Assembly (NCBI RefSeq): GCF_009914755.1
Contig: NC_060938.1
Source of the DNA: the human T2T-CHM13v2.0 reference genome, Homo sapiens
Direction: 5' to 3' (one strand)
DNA: 64,000 nucleotides
Part shown: one piece after another, positions 1-12,106 of the stretch
How the letters are laid out: each line of letters starts with the position of its first letter
Numbering within the stretch: the first letter of the stretch is position 1
Position numbers and translations under genes: made by a program
The notes under the pieces: generated by a model
The model's input: the letters and a program-made list of their open reading frames with translations, nothing else
Databases searched by the model: none
What the model was told of the DNA's origin: nothing

Positions 1-415
1 CATGGAGCTGTCAACCATTATAACAATGACTTTTTCTGGAATATCTGCTGAAGGACCTACCTGAAACTGTTTTACAGCTAAGTTTTTTTTTTTTACAAGT
101 AGAAGAAATACATTCTAAAATGACAATTTAAAGTATAGTATAGTAAGTACATAACCAGTACCATAGTCTTTATTATCATAATCAAGTATCATGTACTCTA
201 TGTAATTGTACGTGTTATACTTTTATACGACTGGCTGCACACTAGATTTGTTTATATCAGCATCACCACAAACAAGCATATAATAAGTTGTACTCTAACA
301 TTATGATGGCTATCACCAGGAGATAAAAATTTTTCAGCTCCATAATCATCTTATGATACCAGTGTCATAATGCAGGTCATTGCTCACTGAAACATTATTA
401 TGCAGTGCATAATTG
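1..415 (+). mobile_element. Tigger3/MER7-type (TcMar-Tigger) DNA transposon relic, cut by the window start
   Basis: Resembles the recalled Tigger3 3' part (…cagcatcaccacaaac…aattttcagctccata…atgcagtgcataattg) and ends at a TA dinucleotide. Confidence 0.7.
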
Positions 416-512
416 TACGCAAAAACACAATTCAGTAATACTGGTTTGTGGTGAAAGAGTTCTACTATGAGAAACTTACTCTAGTAACAGCTCTGCTACT
501 AGTTAAATGTAA

Positions 513-815
<303 letters not shown>

Positions 816-985
816 AAATGTAAATTCTTAAACAAGAAATATATCTTGCTTGTTTCCTCAATGACAAGTCATTTGTCTTATAAGTATCTCTTAAATACAA
901 GATTTAAAATAGCATAGGCTAGAAGTTATCTAAATTCCATGAAATTGAGGTATTCTGAGATATTCTATGGACATTGAGAAAAAAG

Positions 986-1034
986 TATATATATATGATA
1001 TATATATATCCATATATATCATATATATATATCC

Positions 1035-1092
<58 letters not shown>
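986..1092. repeat. Compound microsatellite: interrupted (TA)n - (TG)13 - (TA)13
   Basis: Read directly. Confidence 0.95.
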
Positions 1093-3833
1093 TTACACTG
1101 GTATTTACACTGGTTCCTATGAGAGATATTATTACCCAGAGTTCAATAGTGTTACTATTGGGTGAACATTTCTTTCATGTCTTAGTTTCCTTCATGCCTG
1201 ATCCAGTCCATTTGTAACTTAAAGTATTTCTGTTGTGCTATGTTGATTTTCATATGGACACATTCAGCAAAGCAGAAGCTATCTCTCCAGTACATCTAAG
1301 TTGCTAACTATGCAGTGTAGTAGTAGACAAATTAATGAAAAATAATAATTATGCTTTTCTGTATACATAAATTTCACTGTTCCGTGCTTGGTTAGCAACT
1401 AATGAGATGGGTTCAATGCAATGAAAATATGAGAAAGGTCAGAATTACAAAAATAAGAAAATGACTCTAGTTGACTATTCAAAATTAAACACAAACTTAT
1501 CAAAAAACAAAACACCTACCATCAGAAATCACTGCAAAAAGCATGAACTGAGGCCCAGAGATGAAATCACTATCTCTCCCAAGAGAACAACACAAATGCT
1601 TCATGTCATTAAACTGTCCAGGTAGAAGCTTAAACACCAAGCTAATAAAATATGTTGAGAGAGAATTAAGCTATTCAAGTTACTTTTCAAAGTACAACTG
1701 TGCTTCAGAAAACAATTAATCATACCCAGGTGCAATATATTTCATTCTGCCAACAACAGTCTGTGACAGAAAAGACTGAAGAGAAAATTAGCCTCTCCTT
1801 TTATGGAAGGATGGACTGATTGTAGAGTTGTTGATAAGCACAAGTGCTGTTTGCGCGTGCATGTGTGTTTGCCTCTGTGTATCAGTGTCTGCGTGAATTT
1901 TCCCTAACAATTCTTTAAATCAGTTTAAAATGAACAAACCAGCCTTTTGCTGATATCTTAAATGTATTCATTTTTTGTCATCAGAATCAGAGTTATTGTA
2001 AATCAAGTGGGCTTCAAGTCCAATTTCAATGGAATGCAAACTTCAGAAAGACAGACAATATCAAATATTTTAAAGCCAAGTCTTTTCTTAGGGAGCTGGA
2101 TGTGAGGAAATATAATGAATCTGGCAGTTCTCATCCAAAGATAAAACTGCCCAGTGACTTTAATACCCCAAAAGAGTTCTCTCTGGGTAGAAAAAAGAAT
2201 TAGAATTCATCTTTGCAATTTCACTTAACTGACACATCCGTCAGTGTCTATTATGATCCAGCTGACCCACCTTGACAGAAACTCCAGCTGTATTTCCAGG
2301 ATCTAATGAAGGGCTGTTACGTTGCATTTCTTAAGTTAGGAGCAATCTTACATTTAATATCTCAGGTTAAAAAGGACAGAAGCAAGTGTTGGAGAAGGCT
2401 GTGGTTTTTATTTTGTCACTAAGACTTATCTCATTACCTGCCTTTCAGCTGTTGAAAGAAAAACTTAAAGATGATTTTAAACTTTTCGTAGTTTGCCTGT
2501 AACTGTGACCCTACAGAATGAGAAATAGCTGCAACATTGTTTGAGATTATTCTCATTTGACAATTTCTTCCAAAATAACAAAGATTCCAGTGACTCTGTC
2601 TCCACTCAATGAGGATCCATCTGGAGGCTTGTATTTCCACGTAAAATAATTCCAGAAAAGTTTGGTCATATTTAATATTTTAAGACTAATTAATTGGAGT
2701 AAGATTTAGGTTACAGCTGTCAGTTACAGTGATTGATGCTGGAGATCATTTTCCACTGAGTACTGTTTTCTGCTGTGCAAACTGAAGACAGAGCAAAATA
2801 ATTCTGCATCCATTTTTATTTCTCTTGAAACAGCTATTGTAATAAATGAAACTCAGGATCCTGACAAGTTCTTTGGCTTAAGATTTTTTTTATCAGTAAT
2901 GCCATATGGATATTACTTTTGCTATTTTTTCTTTCATTTTTCATTTCAAATATTTTTCTTCTTTTCTCCTGTAGTTGCCATCTGAGCTGTAAGGGAAGTT
3001 ATGTGATTCTTTTCTCTTGAAATGGACTTGAAAAATCAGCTCAAATGGACTGAGATAAACTAGTCACCTGGATTGAGAGAGTAGGTGGAAAGTGTGTAGG
3101 AGATTTTTACCCTGGGGTCAACATATTGGGAAAATTTAAAAGAGGACAATTGCATTGAACTTCACTAAGTTTTCCCCGCAGAAATTCTATCCAATATTTC
3201 TTCTCTATGAGCTATTGCTTATAAATTGGTTCCTGGACTCCCAGGTTATTTCTGTTGGATATTTATCCTATTATGGGTTCTTGGATGTTCTAGTGCACTG
3301 TACTGGGTTAAAGTTTTCTGATAGCAGTTGCCAGCTAATTGAACTTCTCAGTCTTTGAAGCTTTGATTTCCTCTTTGAAAAAGGTGTCCCTTTTAAAGAG
3401 TGTAGTATTTCAAGCCACACACCTTTACTCAACTTACTGAAATTTATGGAAAACAAATTGTGCTTAAATTACATATTTATTCATTTAAATATCATTTACT
3501 GTCAGAAAGAATGTGAAGTCTTTTTCATATCCTTTTGAATTCATGGGAAATGATGGATAAAATAAATTAATTTATATTTTATAATTGTATTATTTAAGGT
3601 ATCACAAGATTGGTCTCGTGAAATAAATACAATACTTGACTTCAAAAATATATGTGCTATCTCAACTAATTGAGTGGAGATCATAGCAAGTCAAATAATT
3701 TGTTGCCTTCATGATTTTTTGAGGGAATCTTACTTTTCAGATAACATGAAATGAAACAAACATATTCTTGTATATTTAGCAATTATTTATGAAGCACAAT
3801 GTAGTATTAATAACAATAATAATAATACCATGT

Positions 3834-3968
3834 GGGGCATAGTGGCTCACTCCTGTAATCCCAGCACTTTGGGAGGTTGAGGCAGGAGGATTGCTTGAGG
3901 CCAGGAGTTCAAGAGCTAGGCAAGTAGTGAGATCCAGTCTCTACAAAAACATAAAAGAAAAAAATAAG
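3834..3968 (+). mobile_element. Alu left monomer (FLAM_C/AluJ-like)
   Basis: gtggctcactcctgtaatcccagcactttgggagg…ggattgcttgaggccaggagttcaag plus A-rich tail; degenerate flanking repeat aataat(a/att)acca. Confidence 0.85.
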
Positions 3969-3994
3969 AATAATATTACCAAATATATATTAAG

Positions 3995-4200
3995 TATTTA
4001 ATTGTCAGGCAGAGTACTAACAATTTTCTAAGCATTGGCTTGTGGTATCTGCCAATTTCATCATAAGTAGATAATCTTTATACTAAAGATGATGAAGTGA
4101 AGGCTCAGGCATGCTAAACAGTTTACTCAACATTCCCACAGTAAGGATGTCACAGAGATGGGATTTGAATCTGAGTGGTTGGTACTCAGGTGCTATTATG
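3995..4200 (+). mobile_element. MIR fragment
   Basis: Degenerate MIR core: aagatgatgaagtgaaggctcag…cagagatgggatttgaatc. Confidence 0.55.
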
Positions 4201-4539
4201 CCTCTCTGTGTGCCAGGCCCACTGTTACACTTGGATATCAAAGCTTGAACCATTTAGGGTAACAACCCTTACAAGGCTGTATTTAGGAAAGGGGAAAATA
4301 GAAAAAGTTAGAAAATTGTAAGTGATATGACAGAGAAAAGTACATATTATTATGAGAAAAAAAAGAGGGACTCCTAACCCAGGCTTAGGAGTTAAAGGAA
4401 ACTACTAAGAGGAAGGGGCATTTATACCAAGAACCAAAGGATGAGCAGGGTTGGCCGACGAACTAGTTGTTGGCGAGGAGGAATAATGATTGCGTTGGTT
4501 AGGGCCAAAACTGAAATGGATGATATCCACAAAATAGGA

Positions 4540-4880
4540 TAATTTAGAGCTACTTTAATAAAAGCATATTTATAAAGTGTCAGCGTGGTATAGGGAAACC
4601 TCAAGAAGAGTGTAGGATCCAGGGACTGGGAACAGCAGGGCTCTGTGGTGTTCCAAGGTGTGTAAAACCAAAGGGAGGATTTTATGAAGAGTGCCAGATG
4701 AATAAGGGCTGGGTCATCAATATTCTTCCTCCAGTTGCCTGTCATTGCTCCCCATTTACCAAGCCAGCTGCGTGCCAGAGGGTGCCAGATGTGTCCAAGT
4801 AATCTCCATAGGGCGTGCTCTGCTGGCACTCAGCAGTGAGAACGATGAAGGCAGCAAGTAGCACAGGACATAGACGAGTC
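4540..4880. mobile_element. Degenerate ERVL/MaLR-type LTR fragment (LTR33/LTR41-like)
   Basis: GC-richer segment with ctccccatttaccaagccagc…gccagaggg, similar to old ERVL LTRs; boundaries approximate. Confidence 0.3.
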
Positions 4881-5089
4881 GTTTCAGGCAGCAAAAGCAG
4901 AATGTATGAATGCTGAAAATTGAAGGACATAAAAGAGACCCAGTAAACCTAAGCATAGAATATGCTTGAGAATGGGATGGTACATGCGATTGTTTGATGC
5001 TTTGGGAGATAGTTGGAATGGAGGTTAGAAAATCAAGCTGTTGCCAGATTATTTTCAAACTTTTTAATCATGCAAAAGTATATTTTATC

Positions 5090-5290
5090 CAAGGAATAAG
5101 ACAGAGACTTTGAAGGGTGTTGAGCGCAGGAAGCAACATGAATCTATTTGTACTTTAGAAAATTCACTCTGGTAACAGTATAGAGAATAAATATGAGGAG
5201 TAAAATCGGGAAGGGAAGGAGTCCATTTAGGCAACCAATTTGATGCGTTCAGAAATGATGGTGGCATAGATTAAGGGGCCAGGAAGATAA
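5090..5290 (+). mobile_element. L2 fragment
   Basis: ttgagcgcaggaagcaacatgaatctatttgtactttagaaaattcactctgg…gaaatgatggtggc resembles the L2 3' region. Confidence 0.5.
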
Positions 5291-6324
5291 AGAGAAACAG
5301 ACATATGTATAGACATATTTAACCTACACACATTCAAATACATATACTTAGCCAAAAGTAAAAGAATAAGTAGGAGAGGGAGAGAGAGCAAGTGAGAGCA
5401 TGAACGCTACAGAAATAACAATTTAAACATTGGGCAACTTCAACTGCCATTTCAAACAATAAGTAAAGTAAATATGTATGTTCCAAAGAGAGAGTGCAAT
5501 GGGAGATATAAATCTTTTGTTCATTAAGTCAGTATCAGTCTCTACTTGTCTAAATAAATAATTTTTTATATGTAATTTCTACTTTTTGTACTAAACTTAG
5601 ATCTTAACACTTGTGAAAGAGGAGACTTCAAGGTTTTTAAGAGGTAGAATCAATTAGACTGATGAGCATATATAAAGGATGAGGAAGACAGAATAGCTGA
5701 AGGCAATGTCTGATCCCGGTCTAGATTACCTGGTGGATAATCATGCTCTTTACTAAAAGGGAAGACACAAGGAGAAAATATTTGGAATGGAAGAAAGTTT
5801 AGGTCCGTACACACAAAAAATTTGATGTACACTCCTAGACGTGTACACAAAATGTTGATTTTACTCTTGGCTAGATGAGCAAGTTGGTCAGAGCATGTGA
5901 AAGGGCTCACTATTTCAAACTAATATATAACAAATTCTGCATGTTACACATCATGTTAATACATGCTATGAGTATACACTCATAGGAAGGCCAAGCCTCA
6001 TGTAATTACATTTAAAATACTGTAAAACAGTTTTTGTAGCCAGCATGCAGACATCCGAATTTTAACAAAACAGATTAAGAAAGTGTTTCCAAAGAAATTT
6101 GGGAAGAAAGAGGCTCCAGGAGATTTCTGATATTTAAATATTCTGTGTTCTTCAATTTCTAAAAATATAGAATTTCATAAAGATGAACATATTTAGCTAG
6201 CCCTTCATTCTACTCAGCCATATCTCTATTGAGAGTCATCTATTGAGCAACATGGCCCCTATGTACATCCTTATACTACAAGTTTGTCTACATAGTGTTC
6301 AGTCGGGAGTGGAAACAGAGCATA

Positions 6325-6545
6325 GGATTTTGTGTTTGACAGATTTGGGTTTAAATCTCAGCTTTATTAATTACTAGCTGGGTGGCTATGGGAATTATTT
6401 TCAAACTCTCTAAGCAAGTCTCAGTTATCTTGTTTCTAAAATAGCAATTAGATAATAGTACCACTTGATTCTTAGGTTTGTGGTAAAAAAACAAATGATA
6501 GCGTAACCTCTTGTTAAAACCAAACAGAATGTAATGACACATTTA
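6325..6545 (-). mobile_element. MIR fragment
   Basis: gacagatttgggtttaaatctcagctttattaattactagctgggtggctatggg…tcagttatcttgtttctaaaat. Confidence 0.65.
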
Positions 6546-7714
6546 AGAGGAACATTATCAAAAGTAATTACAACGCAAGTCTAGTTTTTGCTTACATAGC
6601 TTGAGAGCAGTTGATATGTCACTAGAATCAACATGTTTGTGAAGTGACACTTGTGTCCTGAACAACACGGAGATGTTCACAGTTTCCAGGAACCTTGGCC
6701 ACTAGGAGGGTCCCAATGTTTAATTAATTGTGTAGTCTGATGAAAAAGCCTGCTCACCTGGGTGATCTTGAGTGAATCCATTCTCTGCAGATTGAAAGAA
6801 GAGTATATTGCCTTTCAAATGTTCCTGAGCTGCAGCAGGAGAGTCACCTAGAGGTGTTGCTTAGCTCCTTGACAATGGAGCTAATAGCCTCCCATTGTCA
6901 AGCAGGTCATTCCAGGAACATTAGCAAAATAACATACTACCAGACCTTACGGACGTTTATGTTCACATCCAGATAGTCTTGGCACAAATGGCAAGAATCT
7001 GCAGTTATTTCAGGCTACATTGTGAAACATTATGAAATAAAGCCATTACGGTATTTACACAAGTACTAAACGCTCATCATTGTATGCAGCCTTGAGAAAT
7101 GTACAAAACTGAATATATTTCATAGCTATCGCTATCAAATAGTATTCAATTAAATTACAACTTAATGAAAGTCTATTGGGCTTTTCTGAGAGAATTTCGA
7201 GTTACATGGATGTTTCATAGACATTAAGTGTAAGTTTCTTTCTTGTTCTGAAATTTCACTGTATTGAATGCATTTAATCAAAGAAGAAAGCCATTTGCTG
7301 AGGCTTTAGAAAACTTTCCTTATTATACAAAGATTTTGATTGGTTCTAACTGTTCTAGCACTTTAATGGAATGTGATTTGTAAGAATTAAGAATAAGAGG
7401 TTTTTTTTTTTTTTTGTATTGGATTCGGAATTTTAAGTATTAACAGAAAGAAGAAGAAAGAAAAAAATTCTTTTCAATTTAAAAGTACTTTATCCATCCC
7501 CAGATAATAATGAAGACATACTAAGTAAACATAATAGATGCAAGAAAACAGACATTTAAAATAAATAAATAAATCTGTCTTAATAAATACAAAAAAATAT
7601 GTAGATGGTAAGCACAACTGGCTCAATGCATACTGACAACGGATTTCCCACAACTTAGAATTTATTTATCTAAACCTATAAATCAGCAGCTGATGTTTCA
7701 ATTTTTAAAAAGTA

Positions 7715-8081
7715 CAGGTAATACCTAACTTACAATGGTTTGACTTAACAATTTTTTTTACTTTATGATGGCATACATGCAATATGCACTCAGTAGAAAC
7801 CGTACTTTGAGTACTCAAACAACCATTCTGTTTTTCACTTTCATTACAGTAGTCACTAAATTGCATGAGATATTAAATATTTTACTGTAAAATAGGCTTT
7901 GTGTTAGATGATTTTGTACAACGGTAGGCTAATGTAAGTGTTCTGAGCACATTTGAGGTAGGCTTGGCTAAGCTATGATTTTTGGTAAGTTAGGTATAGT
8001 AAATGCTTTTTCAACTTACAATATTTCAACTTACAATAGGTTTTTCAGGATGTAACCCCATCATAAATCAAGAAGCATCTG
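7715..8081 (-). mobile_element. MER47A-type Tigger MITE, full length (367 bp)
   Basis: CAG…CTG termini with TA on both sides (7713-14, 8082-83); degenerate TIRs; matches recalled MER47A in reverse. Confidence 0.8.
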
Positions 8082-8341
8082 TATGCAAACTGACAAATTT
8101 GTGTTTGCATCTCTCTACCTACCACACAAGCATTTCAGACTCGTAGGGACAAATTTATGCCTTGTTCTTCTGTAAATCATAATTTCCTAGGATACAATTC
8201 CCCAGGGTGTTACATGCATTAGACTTGACAATCAGTAAAACTTATTGAGTAGACTTAATATCATCATGAATTTGACACATTATTTTTCCTAAAATATTCC
8301 CTACACAATAAGGTTTTGGCATAATAGGGATCTCATATTCT

Positions 8342-8710
8342 TATTTTTAGTCCATTTTGCACTGCTGCAAAAAAATAGCAGCATAAAAGATTGAGTAATG
8401 TATACGTAATGGAAGTTTATTTTCTCACAGTTGTAGAGGCTGGGGAGTTCAAAATCAAGTTGCCAGTAGGTTCAGTTGACTGGTAAGGGCTGCATGTTTT
8501 GGAGGAGAGAAATGCGTGTCCTCATAAGGCAGAGGGTTAGGGCAAAAAGGGATAAACTCCCTCCATCAAGCCCTTTTATAAGAGCACCTAATCTCATTCA
8601 TGGGAGAGAAGACCTCATCACCTAATCACCTCTTAAAGGGCCCATACCATCCCTTTGAACGTTAAGTTTCAACAGCTGAATTTTGGAGGGGACACATTCA
8701 AACCATAGCA
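8342..8710 (-). mobile_element. MST (MaLR) solo LTR
   Basis: ttagtccattttgcactgct…ctcacagttgtagaggctgggg…ggggacacattcaaaccatagca. Confidence 0.85.
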
Positions 8711-9788
8711 TCTTCATAATATTATGAGACAACAAATGTAAATTCATTTCATTAAGGTTTGTTTCTCCTCTTTGCTCTACATAAAGAATACAATAAGGTA
8801 TAAATTAAAATTCACCAGTAATGTCTCTTCTCAGAAAAAATAGATTCATATAGTTTGTCACCCATCCATCTAGTTTCACTTATAAAATCAAGCCTTAAAA
8901 TTTTTTCATCCCACAATTTTTAAATGTTAGGCTCTGGAGTTAGTCAGATTGTTTATTTTACCTTGCTTAAATCTACAAACTTTTCATTTGATCCTATACT
9001 GTCTGCAAGGTGCCATGAGATGTGCTTTATACATGTATTTATATTTATTTGTAAGAACATTTTTCCTATTTATGAGATAGTAGAGGATTCAGTCAGCAAA
9101 ATTCTTTGTTTTAAGTAGTTTTGTATTACTATTCTATTTGAATGAAATCTTTATTATCTCATATAAACATATCAAATCTTTACTTATCTGTGATACAAAT
9201 TGCTTTGTTAACTGCCTTCTTATGTGATATAAAGAGAAGTTTGCAATTTAAGTATCCATACTATTTTCTCCTATTTAAAAAATCTTCACTAGGAAATATT
9301 GTTAGTTTAATCATTAGTTCATATTTTTCTCATTTTTTTCTTTTCCTGAAGAATATGTATTTCCTTGATTTGACACCTTATCTAAATTTCTGTTTCTCAA
9401 AAGTGTAACGATGTTACTTCAAGGTTGTTTCATTTCCTATAAATGTATTATTTTCCCTCAGCCTCCTGACATAATAATATTTTGTCTGACTTCTAATAAT
9501 TTATAATTACCAAATTTAAATTCTCTACTTTATTCACCTATTTAATTTGTATTCTATACAAATGATAAGCATTGTGGAAGTATGCATATAAAATTGATTT
9601 CATATAATATGTTTTATATTACAGGAAAATATGTATTTTCTACTCTCCAAAGCTCCAGTTCTTACTTGTTTTAAACCCTATCAGTGATATAACAAATGAT
9701 CAGTTCCTAGATTTTTTTCTCAAATTAACCTATTATGTTGAAGCAGATCTTGAATACTGTGTGTGGGGGCGGGGAGGGGTGGTGTGCA

Positions 9789-9839
9789 TGTGTGTGTGTG
9801 TGTGTGTGCATGAGACTGAGAGAGACAAAAAGAGAGAGA
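9789..9839. repeat. (TG)n followed by an AG-rich tract
   Basis: Read directly. Confidence 0.85.
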
Positions 9840-11844
9840 TGCCAGAGAAAGAAATTCCCCTTTTGACTTAAGCTTTGCATGAAGATATATGAGAGATACA
9901 CAGGAGCCCTAAGGCAGTGAGGCAATGGATATTTTGGTTCAGTGCCCATTACTAAGATACTCTTCTCATTAATTTAATTTTTAAGACTCACTTTCACAGT
10001 GTATTCTAACCTCTTATCCAAAACTCAATACCAGAAATATATTACTCATCTAAAAATATTCATATTAAAAATGTTAAAAAGTAATGGCAATATTTAACCT
10101 ACATAAAATTGTGTCGATACAGTATAATTTCACTGAAGGAGGAAGTACCTCCTCTGTTTTTTGTGATGGTAGTTTTTAACGTCTTTATCCTGTGTCTCCT
10201 TTCCCTAGCAACTTATTTGCTCATGGAACACAGCAGTGCATTTTTAATACAAGTTAAAATCTTCAGCAACGATTTCATTTGTCTGAAGTGCTACTGTCCC
10301 ATTAATATTCCCAAAGTCTTAGAGTGTAACCAAAACAATTAAAATGTGTGAAGCAAATTTAGAAATAGTATCTCCTTTATCCTAAGATCAAGTCTAACCT
10401 TGTTGATGAACTGAGTTACTGCTTCAATGTACTAAATTGGTTGTTTTCAAATATTGTATTAACAAAAGTGAACTATGTTTTCATTATCTGAATGTTTTAT
10501 TATAAATATCCATAATATCATGTGATAAGTAATATATAATCACTATATAAAAGTGATCCAAAGTGTAAGGAAGAAGAAAATTTAGCCCACTAGAAATTTC
10601 TTATATAGTAAAACCATCCTATCTGTTGCACAATCCTGTGAATTTTCAAAATAGCATAAGGAAGCATAAACACCTCTACCATCGAGTTATGTAAAGAACA
10701 ATTCTTTCATGCTGCCCTTTAGCAGTCAACCGCTTTCCTCATGCCCACACATAAACAACCACTGAATTTTTCTCAACTCTATGATTTTTTCCTTTTGATT
10801 TTGCCCTTTTCAGAATTTTATGTACCATATGGAGCCTTTTGAATTTGGTTTCTTGCACTTAGCACAATGCATTTAAGATCGATCCATGTTATTGAATATA
10901 TCAGAAGTCAATTCTTTTATATTGTTGAGTAGTATTCCATTGCATTGATATGTTTGCTTATCCATTCAATAGGTAGTGACATTGCAGCTATTTTCATTTT
11001 TTGGCAATTATGAATACAGCTGAGATAAACATTTACATACACAAATTTTCATTTTTTAGGTAAGTGCCTAGAAGTGGATTACTGGATCATATGGTAATTC
11101 TGTATTACCTTTATTAGAAAAAGACAAACGCAAAAATCAATAAGGATTTTTAAATGTGCACACCCATCAGCAATATGTGAAAATTCTAGTTTCTCTGCAC
11201 CCTCATCAGCACATGTTATTATCAGTTTGTTGATTGGTTGGTTGGTTTTTAGTCATTCTAATCATAGTAGTGGTAATGTGCATATTGAGATCACATTGTA
11301 GTTTTAATTTACATTTTCTTGATTTCAGATGCTGACCATCTTTTTGCGTGTTTATTTACTATCTGTATATCTGATTTGGTAAAATATCTGTTTAACTCCT
11401 CTACTTGTAAATTGATATTTTTATTTATTTTTGTTGTATTTTGAGAGTTCTTTATATATTTTGGATATAAGTCCTTTGACAGATAAATGATTTACAAACA
11501 TACTCTCCCATTTTAAGACTTGCTTTTGCATGATCTTAACAGTGACTTTCATGTGAAAATATTTTTAATTTAGGTGAGATATAGTTTTCAAGTTTTTTCT
11601 TCTATGGATCATGCTTTTGGTATTGTATCTAAGAACTCTATGCCTAACTCTAAGTCATATATATTTTTCTATTTATTAAAGTTTACAATTTTCAATTTTA
11701 TATTCTATGATCTATTTTTTTTCTTAATAAAGTATGAGGTAGCCACCAAGATTTATTTTCTTATACATTGATAACCAAAAATTTCAGCACAGTTTCCTCA
11801 AAAGGCTGTTGTTTCTTCATTGCGTTGTCAAAATGTATCACATT

Positions 11845-11886
11845 GACAAAATTTTTGTAGGTCTACTTTTGCATTCTATTTTCTGT

Positions 11887-11918
<32 letters not shown>

Positions 11919-11964
11919 GACCGACAAAATTTCCGTAGGTCTACTTTTGCATTCTATTTTCTGT

Positions 11965-12016
<52 letters not shown>

Positions 12017-12106
12017 GATAAGTACTTATCTATCTGCATAAGTAGATAGATATCTATAGATATCTACTATGCAGATAGATATCTACTTATCTATCTGCAT
12101 ATCTAT
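11845..12106. repeat. Tandem duplication containing (TCTA)8 and (TCTA)13, followed by palindromic derivatives
   Basis: Unit GACAAAATTT..GTAGGTCTACTTTTGCATTCTATTTTCTGT(TCTA)nGA starts at 11845 and 11923. Confidence 0.95.

Noticed and set aside
11845-12106. Repeat-spacer appearance resembling a CRISPR-like array
   Set aside because: Only two units, no unique spacers, eukaryotic STR context
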